Assembly (NCBI GenBank): GCA_963704905.1
Contig: CAVPHZ010000001.1
Span: 259,438 to 323,437 of the forward strand
Direction: 5' to 3'
Origin: Candidatus Chisholmbacteria bacterium
Lineage (GTDB): Bacteria > Patescibacteriota > Microgenomatia > UBA1400 > Chisholmbacteraceae
DNA: 64,000 bases
Position 1 is the stretch's first letter. Each line of letters starts with the position of its first letter. The notes beneath the pieces are model-generated. The model saw only the letters and a program-made list of their open reading frames with translations, was not told where the DNA came from and did not search any database. This document shows, in pieces, positions 9,999 through 20,197 of this stretch. A program made the position numbers and the translations under genes.

Positions 9999-10546
9999 TG
10001 CACTATTTGGTTTAGGTTTAATCTATTTGCATCTGCATGAATGATATGCACTTTAGAACATTTGCTTCGAAGGTAGTTCACTAGGGGAAGGTCGTCATCA
10101 ATAAAAATGTGTAAGTTCAATTTCTTTATCATCTTCTCTTTGAATAAGTGAGGTTGATGATTGTGTTCATTGATGACTATTTTCATAAACCAATGATCCA
10201 GGTGATTCTGTTTCAGCCATTCATCTGTCCTGTTTTTGAGAAAGTTATATCTACTTGAAACAATGAATAATTGATGTTTATTCATTCCAACAAGACGTTT
10301 GATAAGAATGATATTTTCTTTAATTGGTGGTCGAAGCAATGGATGGTGGCTTAGCCAACGAATGCGCTGCTCAACTTTAGTTGCTGGAAAACGATAGGCT
10401 AGGTTGGTTTTTTTATGATCTCGCACCAACCATTCTCAAGAACGGTTTTTGGAATAAACGGTGGCTTGCTGATAGATTACCCCGTCTAGATCAAAGCCTA
10501 TGCGGAACGGTCTTGTTTTTACTTTTGATATTTTTCTTGAAGGCAT
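9995..10546 (-). pseudogene. HAD-superfamily hydrolase (5'(3')-deoxyribonucleotidase-like), interrupted
   Basis: ATG 10546 gives IGFDLDGVI (HAD motif I); in-frame TGA at 10436-10438; downstream part has IVSSR and FIDDD (motifs II and IV). Confidence 0.7.
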
Positions 10547-10611
10547 TTGCGGTTATTATAGATGTTTCCTTTCTTATCACATCTTGGTGCTTTCTGATAT
10601 ACAATTTCCCT

Positions 10612-12693
10612 GTGCTTGTTCAAACATTTCTTACTGTACTCTACTGGTGGTTTGTAGTTTCGCTACTGGGAATCATAGCTTTTCCATTTATTGAACGCCT
10701 TTTTCATTCTTTTTTGGACAACGGCTGGGCATTTTCTCGAACTCTTGGGATATTGACTATGTCATTTTCTGTGTGGTTTTTAGGAAGTTTGCGTTTGATT
10801 TCTTTTCACTATTCAATTTGGGTTGTATTTCTCATTTTTGGGATGTTCTCTATTTATTTGTATATGAGAAGCGGTCTAAAAATTGTCTCACTATTGAGAG
10901 TTCGATGGCGGGTTATCTTCATGGAAGAAATATTATTTCTCATTCTTCTTTTCACTTGGTCTTTTGTTCGCTCCTATCAACCTGATATTAATGGGTTGGA
11001 GAAATTTATGGATTTTGGATTAATGAATTCTATTCTTCGGACTCAATTCTTTCCTCCATATGACATGTGGCTGGCTGGAGAAACCATCAATTATTACTAC
11101 TTTGGGCACTTAGTTGCTGCAGTTCTCACGAAACTCTCTCGTCTTTCTTCTTCAATCACTTACAACCTTATGATCGCCACTATTCTGGCGTTGAGTTTTA
11201 TCCAAACGTTTTCACTGGCAGCTACAATGACAGGCCATTTTCTCTCAACCTTGAAACGGAAAGTTTTGGTTCTTTCCGCTGGATTAATTTCAGCATCTGT
11301 ACTCGTTTTTGGGGGTAATCTCCATACTGTCTATACCCTTCTTACTAAGGGTTTAGCTGACTATTGGTATCCCGATGCTACACGATACATTCCTTATACC
11401 ATTCATGAGTTTCCTCTCTATAGCTTTGTTGTCTCTGACCTACATGGACACGTCAGTGATATTCCATTTGTGTTGTTATTCGTTGCAGTACTTTATAGTT
11501 TCCTGCCATACCTTAAGACAATTCGAGTTGCATTCCTTTCACGAGTTGTTATTGCTCGTATGACACTTCTTGGAGTTTTGTCTGGAATCCTCTATATGAC
11601 CAACGCGCTCGATGCATTTATCTATCTTGCCTTGTTTGCACTTCTTTTTCTGACTACCCGTCTTCGATATTCTCCGATTATTCAAGCAACTCAAGATACC
11701 ATCATTGGGAGTGGATATGTGACCTTTGTAGGAGTATTTATCTCCCTTCCGTTTCATCTTTCCTTTTCTCCCTTTGCTAAAGGAATAGCTCGGGTTCAAT
11801 CACATTCATCTTTTATACAACTCATTGTTTTATGGGGATTCTTTTTACTTGTTGGTTTTTCTGCTCTCTATCTGTTCGTTGTGCAAATGCGCGGACAAAA
11901 GCTTTTTTCTGTTTTTCGCTTATCGGTGATTGCTACCATTATTGTTGTTGTTCTATTTTCTCTGTTGCTGGTTCTTATCCCAGAGGTAGTGTATATCAAA
12001 GATATTTATATCCAAGAATATCATCGTGCAAATACCATGTTTAAACTTGTTTATCAGACATTTTTACTCATGTCGATTGTCACTGGCACAGTATTCGTTG
12101 GCGTTGTCCAGTATTTCTTGTCTGTACGTAATCGTTACTCGCTAGTAATATTTATATTGATGATATTTCTCTTGGTTGGTATCGGAAGTGTATTACTTTA
12201 TCCCTACTTTGCCATTCGTTCGTATTACAATGGTTTTTCACATTTTCAAGGTCTTAATGGTTTGTTGTGGATTGAGCGTCGGTATCCAGATGATTATGCC
12301 GCACTGGCTTGGTTACAAAGTAATATACGAGGACAACCAGTCATTCTTGAAGCTGTTGGTGAAAGTTATACTGACTTTGCACGAATATCAGCAAATTCAG
12401 GCTTACCTACCGTATTAGGCTGGAGAGTTCATGAATGGCTTTGGAGAGGGAGTTTTGATGAACCACAACTGAGGACTAATGATGTTTCTGTTATTTATAC
12501 ATCAACTGATCTTTATGAAGTATGTGAACTTATTGACCGTTATACCGTGGACTTTATCTTTCTTGGCTCGTTAGAGCGTCAACAGTATCCAGATTTTAAG
12601 GAACAGACTTTGGCTGATATTGGAGAACAGGTATTTTCCCAAGGTTTAACAAAGGTATATTCAACCCCAAGACCTTGTCAGGTTAAATCTTAA
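10612..12693 (+). CDS. DUF2298 / Chlor_Arch_YYY membrane protein
   Basis: GLEKFMD, PPYDMWLAGETINYYYFGH, IHEFPLYSFVVSDLHGH, GLPTVLGWRVHEWLWR; start moved to GTG 10612 behind TACAAT. Confidence 0.85.
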   Translation: MLVQTFLTVLYWWFVVSLLGIIAFPFIERLFHSFLDNGWAFSRTLGILTMSFSVWFLGSLRLISFHYSIWVVFLIFGMFSIYLYMRSGLKIVSLLRVRWRVIFMEEILFLILLFTWSFVRSYQPDINGLEKFMDFGLMNSILRTQFFPPYDMWLAGETINYYYFGHLVAAVLTKLSRLSSSITYNLMIATILALSFIQTFSLAATMTGHFLSTLKRKVLVLSAGLISASVLVFGGNLHTVYTLLTKGLADYWYPDATRYIPYTIHEFPLYSFVVSDLHGHVSDIPFVLLFVAVLYSFLPYLKTIRVAFLSRVVIARMTLLGVLSGILYMTNALDAFIYLALFALLFLTTRLRYSPIIQATQDTIIGSGYVTFVGVFISLPFHLSFSPFAKGIARVQSHSSFIQLIVLWGFFLLVGFSALYLFVVQMRGQKLFSVFRLSVIATIIVVVLFSLLLVLIPEVVYIKDIYIQEYHRANTMFKLVYQTFLLMSIVTGTVFVGVVQYFLSVRNRYSLVIFILMIFLLVGIGSVLLYPYFAIRSYYNGFSHFQGLNGLLWIERRYPDDYAALAWLQSNIRGQPVILEAVGESYTDFARISANSGLPTVLGWRVHEWLWRGSFDEPQLRTNDVSVIYTSTDLYEVCELIDRYTVDFIFLGSLERQQYPDFKEQTLADIGEQVFSQGLTKVYSTPRPCQVKS

Positions 12694-12699
12694 CTTTGC

Positions 12700-13767
12700 T
12701 TACTGAGTGTAAAACAACTTATTGACATACTCGTGGACTTCTTGCCAAGAATTATCTCTTCCAATTAGTATCCATTGCCCATCGTAAAGAGATGTCGGCG
12801 GATTTATGAGTAAACCGTCTTCATCCGCTGTTTGCTCTTGCAATAAACCTGTATGGATCGTTTGGTTTCTTGCCTTTAAAGCAAGCTTGGCAAGTGATAA
12901 ATATTCAGGTTCTGTGAGGTCTGTTTCTACTGAATCCGAGTATGTTTGAGTAAGTTCCCTCAGCTTTCCTGGGGAGAAAATCGTGTCCAGTGAAAGAACT
13001 TTATCTTTAAAGGCTGCAATTACTTGCTGTTGCCTTTGAGAACGGGCAAAATCTGTGCCTTGCTCTCCTTCGGCGTTGCGTGAGCGAACGAATTTTAATG
13101 CTCTTTCTCCGCTCATTGTCTGTAGTCCAGCATCGAAACGGAGGTGTTCATATCGCAGTTCCTCTGGTTCTGCGTTTTCCATTCCAGGGGTCGGGTATTT
13201 GAAGTCGTCAAAACTTTCAAGGACATTTACTTCGATCCCACCCACTAGATCGACGGCTCGCCTGAACCCATCAAAATCAAGGATGACTACATAGTGGATT
13301 GGTTGTCCAATTACCTCTTCAACGGCTGATTTAGATAGCACCAAACCGCCCCCGTCTCGTTTTTGTTCTCCGTAATAGTAGGTTGCGTTTATCTTCGTTT
13401 TCAGAGAGTCTATCCAGATATCTCTGGGTATGGAGAGCGTGGTTGTATCCGCAGAACTGAGGTTTATTGAAGTAACAATGATACTATCTGTTAACTCCGC
13501 CCCGTCAAGAATCACGCCTCCAATTCCAAGCAAGAGGATGTTTGTTCTTCCTTTTGTAGAGCGTAGTACTCCTTCCGGATCTCTGACTATGGAAAAGGCA
13601 GTCGCAGGACCCTGCATTAGATTTTTTATGAAACTAACGGTTGGCCGGAGCGTTGCATACAGAGTAAACATTCCCAGCGCTAGTACAGTGGCTAGAAATG
13701 TACCACGAACGAAATTTTTATGTCTGGTCAGTTTTCGTTTGATTTTACTTAGAATATGCTGATTCAT
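12700..13767 (-). CDS. LCP (LytR-CpsA-Psr) glycopolymer transferase
   Basis: TNILLLG, LTDSIIV, LSIPRDIW, KINATY, DFARSQRQQQV; ATG 13767 overlaps tpiA stop. Confidence 0.92.
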   Translation of the reverse strand: MNQHILSKIKRKLTRHKNFVRGTFLATVLALGMFTLYATLRPTVSFIKNLMQGPATAFSIVRDPEGVLRSTKGRTNILLLGIGGVILDGAELTDSIIVTSINLSSADTTTLSIPRDIWIDSLKTKINATYYYGEQKRDGGGLVLSKSAVEEVIGQPIHYVVILDFDGFRRAVDLVGGIEVNVLESFDDFKYPTPGMENAEPEELRYEHLRFDAGLQTMSGERALKFVRSRNAEGEQGTDFARSQRQQQVIAAFKDKVLSLDTIFSPGKLRELTQTYSDSVETDLTEPEYLSLAKLALKARNQTIHTGLLQEQTADEDGLLINPPTSLYDGQWILIGRDNSWQEVHEYVNKLFYTQ

Positions 13768-14474
13768 CTTTGCTTGAGTGCTTGATGGGCTAATTCCAAC
13801 ATTGCTATCCATTCCTTGGCATTAAGACTTGCACTTCCAGGTAGCACTCCGTCGATGCTCTCTTCTTTCATAAATGTTTGGATGTTTCTTGCTTTTATGC
13901 TTCCACCATATATAACTGTCTTAACTCCGCTGTCTGATTTGATCATTTGAATCGTTTCAACAACTTCGCTTATTGGCGCTGCTTTTCCTTCTCCAATTGG
14001 GCCATCTTGTTTACTAATAGCCTCAGGGGGTTCATACATGATTATTGCGTCAGTTATTACAGCCGTATCTAAGGCTAAAAATTGCTTTTTCCAATTGTCT
14101 TTATGCACTGCGATAATTGGTGTAATCCGGTTGTCTAATGCCTGCATCGCTTTTGCTGCTACCGCTTGTACTGATTCGGAGAAGTACGTGTATCTCTCCG
14201 AATGGCCAAGAATTGCATATTTTACAGTATTTGAAACCATACGGGCTGTAATTTCGCCAGTGTAAGCACCATCTCCATATGGAGACAGATCCTGTACACC
14301 TAAGGTTAACTCAGGGTATTGAGTTGAAAAAAGATCAATATGAATAAAAGATGGACAGAGGACAATTTCAAGGTCATTGCCAGTCGCTGGTGTTTTTCCT
14401 TTAACGTCATCAATCCAGATTTGAGCTTCTTTGAGCGTCTTGTTTGCTTTCCAATTTCCGATAAGATATTTCAT
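13764..14474 (-). CDS. tpiA: Triosephosphate isomerase
   Basis: IGNWKAN, GAYTGE, LGHSER, YEP, YGGS, DGVLPGSASL. Confidence 0.93.
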   Translation of the reverse strand: MKYLIGNWKANKTLKEAQIWIDDVKGKTPATGNDLEIVLCPSFIHIDLFSTQYPELTLGVQDLSPYGDGAYTGEITARMVSNTVKYAILGHSERYTYFSESVQAVAAKAMQALDNRITPIIAVHKDNWKKQFLALDTAVITDAIIMYEPPEAISKQDGPIGEGKAAPISEVVETIQMIKSDSGVKTVIYGGSIKARNIQTFMKEESIDGVLPGSASLNAKEWIAMLELAHQALKQR

Positions 14475-14548
14475 GTTTCTCTCTTCTCTATCCTTGACTC
14501 CTTGAGTATTCTTGATACAGTGGTTTTTTACAACTATTCGATTCTAGC

Positions 14549-16357
14549 ATGGCAGGAAATCTCCTCAAAGATTTAAATTCTCAACAAATCAAGGCAACTA
14601 CCTTTGGCGAAGGGCCGTTGTTGATTTTAGCTGGTGCAGGAAGCGGAAAAACTCGGACGATCGTTTACAGAGTGGCATACCTCATTCACGAAAAGGGTGT
14701 ACAACCTGATCGAATATTACTTACGACATTTACCAACAAAGCAGCCCATGAGATGCGCGAACGATTACTCCGCTTGGTTGGTTCTGCCCCTCCATTTTGT
14801 GGTACCTTTCATTCGCTTTGTGCAAAAGTTCTTCGAAAACACGGAAAACATCTGGGTATTTCTCCCTCGTATCTTATCTATGATGAGCGAGACCAGGAAG
14901 ATTTGATTAAACAGGCGATGATGAATCTGGATATTTCAGCTCGAGATTTCAAGCCACGTTCGGTATTAGCTACGATCAGTTCTGCTAAAAATGAACTCGT
15001 TGGACCAACTGAATACCCACAATTCGCTCGAGGGAGGTGGCAAGAAACAGTATCATCTATTTATCTTGAATATCAAAAACTTCTTCGACACTCCGATGCG
15101 TTGGATTTTGACGATCTTTTGATGGATACTGTGCGACTGCTTCAAAAAGAATCTTTTGTCTTGTCTACTTATCAGGATCAGTTTCAATATGTGCTTGTTG
15201 ATGAATATCAAGACACCAATCATGCACAGTATGTATTGACAAAACTTTTAGTAAATAAATGGCGTAATCTTTGTTGTGTCGGTGATGCCAGTCAATCAAT
15301 CTATGCATGGCGTGGAGCGGATTTCCGCAATCTTACACGAATCCGGGAAGATTTTTCTGATTTAACTGTGATTAATCTGGAGCGGAACTATCGCTCTACG
15401 CAGAATATCCTCGATGCTGCACATGGAGTTATTTCAAATAATACTAGCCATCCCATTCTCTCTTTGTGGACCAAAAGAAAAGGAGGGGAAGCAATCAGTA
15501 TCTTTGAGGCTCTGGACGAGAAAGATGAAGCGCATTTTATCCTTCGTACGATTCAAGAATATATTGATCTTGGGCATCACTATCGAGATTTTGCCATTCT
15601 CTATCGGACTAATGCTCAATCGAGAACATTTGAGGAGGCATTTGTGCGGGCTGGTATTCCCTATGTCCTTATTGGTGGTACCCGTTTTTATCAGCGGAAG
15701 GAGGTGAAAGACTGTCTAGCATATCTTCGTTTGCTTGCGAACCCTAACGATACAGTTAGTGCAGGCCGGATTGAAAAATTAGGAAAAAGAAAATTTTCAT
15801 TGTTCCAAGAATTTGCGCAACAATTTCGTTCCAAGAAACAACATATAGAGATGGCGACATCAGAAATTCTTGAACAGGTATTTAAAACCACAGACTATCT
15901 TGACCGTTATGACTCTGAAGATGAGGAGGAGCTCATGCGACTTGAAAATATTAAAGAACTCCATAGTGTTGCGGCTGAATTCCCTCTGCTCTTAGATTTT
16001 CTTGAGAATGTTGCTTTGGTCGAACAGGAACAACTCCCTCACATAAACCTTCAGACCCAGGGTAAGCAAGATGTTGTAACTATGATGACCTTACACTCGG
16101 CAAAGGGTTTAGAATTTCCCGTCGTATTTCTAGTCGGTATGGAAGAAGGACTTTTTCCTCATTCTCGAAGTATGCTTGACCGCGATGAGCTGGAAGAGGA
16201 GCGGAGACTCTGCTATGTCGGTATTACACGCGCAAAAGACCGGTTATTCTTTACTTTCGCTTCACAACGCTTGTATTTTGGATCTCGCTCATCTAACGTG
16301 GTTTCTCGATTCATGGGGGAGGTTCCAGAGCATCTCATTCGAGTAGTTACATTATAA
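14549..16357 (+). CDS. pcrA: UvrD/PcrA ATP-dependent DNA helicase (shortened)
   Basis: AGAGSGKT, TFTNKAA, VDEYQDTN, NYRST, LYRTNAQSR, HSAKGLEF, EERRLCYVGITRA. Confidence 0.93.
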   Translation: MAGNLLKDLNSQQIKATTFGEGPLLILAGAGSGKTRTIVYRVAYLIHEKGVQPDRILLTTFTNKAAHEMRERLLRLVGSAPPFCGTFHSLCAKVLRKHGKHLGISPSYLIYDERDQEDLIKQAMMNLDISARDFKPRSVLATISSAKNELVGPTEYPQFARGRWQETVSSIYLEYQKLLRHSDALDFDDLLMDTVRLLQKESFVLSTYQDQFQYVLVDEYQDTNHAQYVLTKLLVNKWRNLCCVGDASQSIYAWRGADFRNLTRIREDFSDLTVINLERNYRSTQNILDAAHGVISNNTSHPILSLWTKRKGGEAISIFEALDEKDEAHFILRTIQEYIDLGHHYRDFAILYRTNAQSRTFEEAFVRAGIPYVLIGGTRFYQRKEVKDCLAYLRLLANPNDTVSAGRIEKLGKRKFSLFQEFAQQFRSKKQHIEMATSEILEQVFKTTDYLDRYDSEDEEELMRLENIKELHSVAAEFPLLLDFLENVALVEQEQLPHINLQTQGKQDVVTMMTLHSAKGLEFPVVFLVGMEEGLFPHSRSMLDRDELEEERRLCYVGITRAKDRLFFTFASQRLYFGSRSSNVVSRFMGEVPEHLIRVVTL

Positions 16358-16384
16358 AACGGTATCGATTTCCTTTACTTAACT

Positions 16385-17023
16385 ATGGTGAACCGGCAGA
16401 AACAATTATTCTATGTACTCATTGGTAAACGAGTATTTGATGTCGTTTTGTCTCTTGGATTGGTGTTGTTCTTTCTCCCATTAGCACTTGTGATTTCCTT
16501 GGCAATTTGGATGGATTCATACGGACCAGTGTTTTTTACTCAGCGGCGGACGGGTAAACATGGTTCTTCATTCTTGCTCTTTAAGTTTCGTACAATGATT
16601 CCGAACGCTGATGAACGGAAGCAGCAATATTCTCATTTGAATGAAGCTGATGGGCCAGTATTTAAAATTTGGGCTGATCCAAGATTTACGTCTTTCGGAC
16701 GACTCCTCGCACATACCGGCTTTGACGAGTTGCCGCAGTTGATGAATGTACTTATCGGAGAGATGAGTCTTGTGGGCCCCCGCCCACTTCCAGTTGATGA
16801 AGCCAAGAAAATTCAAATGAAAACACGCAAGCTTCGTGAGTCTGTACTTCCTGGCATCACTTCATCCTGGGTTGTTTTGGGATCTCATCAGCTTTCATTT
16901 AAACAGTGGATGGAGTTGGATTGTACTTATTCTCAAGATGTGACTTTTTGGGGAGACTTTATGATTTTGCTTCGAACAGCTAAGATGATACTACGGTTTT
17001 TAAGTAAACCCTTCACATCATGA
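16385..17023 (+). CDS. Initiating polyprenyl-phosphate sugar-1-phosphate transferase (Bac_transf)
   Basis: KRVFD, FKFRTM, DPRFT, DELPQLMNVLIGEMSLVGPRP, PGIT. Confidence 0.93.
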   Translation: MVNRQKQLFYVLIGKRVFDVVLSLGLVLFFLPLALVISLAIWMDSYGPVFFTQRRTGKHGSSFLLFKFRTMIPNADERKQQYSHLNEADGPVFKIWADPRFTSFGRLLAHTGFDELPQLMNVLIGEMSLVGPRPLPVDEAKKIQMKTRKLRESVLPGITSSWVVLGSHQLSFKQWMELDCTYSQDVTFWGDFMILLRTAKMILRFLSKPFTS

Positions 17024-19152
17024 CTTTCTCTCGAATACAATCATTTTTCTCGTCAAGACACACCCTAGAACTTTTACCTCTTATTCTGATTGTGAGTCTA
17101 CTTCCATTTTTTCATGGAGGTGAATCATTTATTGCGCAACTCGTCTTTTTTATCTTTCCACTGCTTTATTTTCCAATCCTTCACCTATCAAAACGAAAGT
17201 TTTCAGCGAATATCAAATATGTGATGCTGATTTGGATATTATTTCTTTCCATTACGTTTTTATCCACTGTTTTCTCTGCGAGTCTTACTTTTTCGTTACC
17301 CATTTTTTTTAGATATCTAACCTATTTTGTTTACTTTGTGTTCGTCTACCTGGTTGTTGAACGAGAAAGAGATCTTCGGATATTCTCACATGCGATTCTA
17401 ACGGTTGGGGTGCTGCTCTCAGCAATGAGTGTCTATTTTATATTTTTTCCTCCGATTGGTATGCCTGTTCTCAACTTGGTTTACGCAAAATATGGCCACA
17501 ATCATCTTGCCGACTATTTGACTTTTACACTACCTGTTGCCATTGTTATTTATTTTGAACAGAAGTCTTTAGTCGGGAAGTTTTTCTCAGCCCTTTTGTT
17601 GGTTTTTCTATTTATCAGTTTCTATTTTTCTTTTGCACGTGCTGCCTTCCTAATTGTTCCTGTGATTATTGTTATTCTGATAAAACTTGTACATCCTCCG
17701 CTTAATAAAGCTGTTTTTGTGCTTATTGGTGGGTTGCTCCCAATTCTGATATTTTTGGGCATCACTTTTCTTTCTGAATCAGAATTTCAACAGAGATTTA
17801 GTTCTTTTCAAGAGCTTCAAAAACACTGGATTTGGAGACAAATAATTAAACCAGTTTCCAGTGAAGCGCGGTTTGAATATTGGAATCAAGCAAAGGAAGG
17901 GTTTTTATTCCGGCCGTTGATTGGAAACGGACCTGGGACGTTCCGACTCACCTCAAATCGATTTAAGCAAAAAGATATTTATTCTCACTATGCGCACAAC
18001 TATTTACTTCAAACCGCTTCTGAGCTTGGTTTAGCCGGACTACTTAGTCTGTTGGCTGTGTTTGTGCTGATTTTATTAAACATTTCCCTGCCAAAGAAGT
18101 CGTCACACCTTTCGTATGCTTTACTTTTCGGATCAATAGGCTCGTTGGGTCAAAGTTTTTTTAATTTTAATATGGATCTGGTTGCTATCTCTCTGTTGTT
18201 CTGGGTTGTTCTTTCGATGCTGCTTAAACTTTACTCCGGAAAATCATTGCGGCAGGTTCACGCTCGTATATTGAAAGTCTTTTTGTTTGTTATTATATTT
18301 CCGGCGTTGTTTGCTGTTTCTACACTGCTTAGTAATTATTATCTCCGGCTGGCAAAGAAGCATACCGAGACCTCAATTCAACTTGCTTATAAAAGTTACG
18401 TCACGGCCATGATATTTCCTGCCTTTGATGAACTCCGCTTTGGCGGTTTTCTCAACTTCATCCAATCCACACAGTACGTTTTTTCCGAGGACATCCCTCT
18501 TGGTCCGATTCTTTTCTGGAATAGAGAAGACCCACTGACTTACGCTGAGCTGGCCTCCTATTACAAGAGCTCTGATCCGCTTGAAGCAATGAGCTACTAT
18601 TCCAAGTCATTAGAATATGATCCAGCTAATTTCTCTACTGCAAAACAGTTTGCTCAATTCCTGATCGAACAAAATGACCACAATTTGGCTGAACGAGTGT
18701 TGCTACGCGCTGGAATGCGAAGGTATTTGACGCTCTTTTCTAAGGAAGAAGATCAACAATTTCATAAGCACATTGCAACGGATCGAAATTTGTTGTCTCT
18801 AAAAGATATTTCTATGTTTCTTGATGACTTTACTCAACATGAAGATCGATATTATGGAAAACTTTACTATCTTGTTGGCCTCCATTTCTTTCAAGAAGGA
18901 AAATTTCCTGAGGCCCAATTCTTCCTTGATGCGAGTCATCGATTTGCTCCAGATTGGAGCTATTTTTACTTAGAGCATGCTAATTTGTTATCAAGAATCG
19001 GTGATAATAATCAAGCTTTTCAATTGATTGATATTTGTCAAAAAAATTATTGGGCCGGGTCTCAATGCCAAGACTATAACGGTTGGGTTAAACAATCCGG
19101 TTTTCCTTTTCCTGGAAGATTTGAACGAGAAATTCGAAAGATTGATCACTAG
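17020..19152 (+). CDS. O-antigen ligase/Wzy-like membrane protein with C-terminal TPR region
   Basis: About 12 TM; RFEYW...PLIGNGPGTF...YAHNYLLQ; helical TPR-like tail. Confidence 0.82.
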   Translation: MTFSRIQSFFSSRHTLELLPLILIVSLLPFFHGGESFIAQLVFFIFPLLYFPILHLSKRKFSANIKYVMLIWILFLSITFLSTVFSASLTFSLPIFFRYLTYFVYFVFVYLVVERERDLRIFSHAILTVGVLLSAMSVYFIFFPPIGMPVLNLVYAKYGHNHLADYLTFTLPVAIVIYFEQKSLVGKFFSALLLVFLFISFYFSFARAAFLIVPVIIVILIKLVHPPLNKAVFVLIGGLLPILIFLGITFLSESEFQQRFSSFQELQKHWIWRQIIKPVSSEARFEYWNQAKEGFLFRPLIGNGPGTFRLTSNRFKQKDIYSHYAHNYLLQTASELGLAGLLSLLAVFVLILLNISLPKKSSHLSYALLFGSIGSLGQSFFNFNMDLVAISLLFWVVLSMLLKLYSGKSLRQVHARILKVFLFVIIFPALFAVSTLLSNYYLRLAKKHTETSIQLAYKSYVTAMIFPAFDELRFGGFLNFIQSTQYVFSEDIPLGPILFWNREDPLTYAELASYYKSSDPLEAMSYYSKSLEYDPANFSTAKQFAQFLIEQNDHNLAERVLLRAGMRRYLTLFSKEEDQQFHKHIATDRNLLSLKDISMFLDDFTQHEDRYYGKLYYLVGLHFFQEGKFPEAQFFLDASHRFAPDWSYFYLEHANLLSRIGDNNQAFQLIDICQKNYWAGSQCQDYNGWVKQSGFPFPGRFEREIRKIDH

Positions 19153-19227
19153 ATTGAGTCTCTCTTAACCCATATCAATCTTTATATTTCCTACTGACTG
19201 CAAAAAAACATTACAATATCTTCCATA

Positions 19228-20172
19228 ATGTCTGAAGATCGACATAAGCAAGTTCGTTCACAATCGGTTTCTGTTATAACGGTAACACGTGGTAGAGTTG
19301 AGTCTCTCGAGAAGCTATTGTTTTCACTTTCTAAGCAGATTATTTTGCCCTTGGAAGTTATTTTAGTGGTAAATGACCAATCCTCAGATCAAGAACAATT
19401 ACTCAGCGCCCAATTTAATAACTTGAGAATTAGTATCAATACGGAGCCGCGGATTGGAATTCCGATTGCCAGGAATACAGGAACAAGACATGCTCATGGC
19501 GATATTCTTGCCTTTATTGATGATGACTGTGTTGCATTACTCAATTGGGTGCAGCAAATAGAGCTAGCTCATGCATCGCTATCTGAAAAGTACATCATTC
19601 AAGGAAAATCAGTCAGTTTACCTCGAGAAAATTTCTATGCCAAGATTACGTCCCAGCATTATAAAAATTGGCTGGCTTCTCAGCTTTCAGCATCTAGAGA
19701 CTGTTCTACATTCGATACTAAAAATCTTTCTTTAAAACGATCTGTGTTCAAATATAAGCGAAATCTTTTTAACGAAAAATTACGTTATGGTTCAGATGAC
19801 ATCGAACTTGGCTTCCGGTTACGACAAAATGGGTATCGGATTATTTATGACAGCAGTATCGTAGTTCAACACTATGAACGGACGACGTATTTGACTTTTA
19901 TTCACCAACATCTTCGATTTGCTATGGGTGAGGCTGAGTCAAATCGTCTCATACAACACTTAGATCTGGTACGGATGTTTCCTCGTAAAAAAATGGCGCT
20001 TCACGTAAAAAGTATTTTTTTCAATCTCACTGTTTACATTCAATCGCTTCAATTCATTCAAATGATACGCTATATCCTGGTTATTATCAGTCTTTTTTTT
20101 GTTCGAACACTTGGATATTTATTCGGTTTGCTTTTAAGTAGAAAGCTCAAACAGTCGATCGAATTCACTTAA
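19228..20172 (+). CDS. GT2 glycosyltransferase
   Basis: SVITVTRGR, ARNTG, AFIDDDC, SDDIELGFRL. Confidence 0.9.
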   Translation: MSEDRHKQVRSQSVSVITVTRGRVESLEKLLFSLSKQIILPLEVILVVNDQSSDQEQLLSAQFNNLRISINTEPRIGIPIARNTGTRHAHGDILAFIDDDCVALLNWVQQIELAHASLSEKYIIQGKSVSLPRENFYAKITSQHYKNWLASQLSASRDCSTFDTKNLSLKRSVFKYKRNLFNEKLRYGSDDIELGFRLRQNGYRIIYDSSIVVQHYERTTYLTFIHQHLRFAMGEAESNRLIQHLDLVRMFPRKKMALHVKSIFFNLTVYIQSLQFIQMIRYILVIISLFFVRTLGYLFGLLLSRKLKQSIEFT

Positions 20173-20197
20173 TGTATTATGACAATTAACTCCTAAG

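Noticed and set aside
10436-10438. TGA recoding (code 25 or selenocysteine)
   Set aside because: TGA ends many intact genes here (e.g. ATGA overlaps); compensating indels explain the site better.
10381-10611. Long N-terminal extensions in the ORF track (also at 23908, 44237, 57309, 58322, 61865)
   Set aside because: They overlap neighbouring genes; downstream starts fit motifs, SD or -10 positions better.
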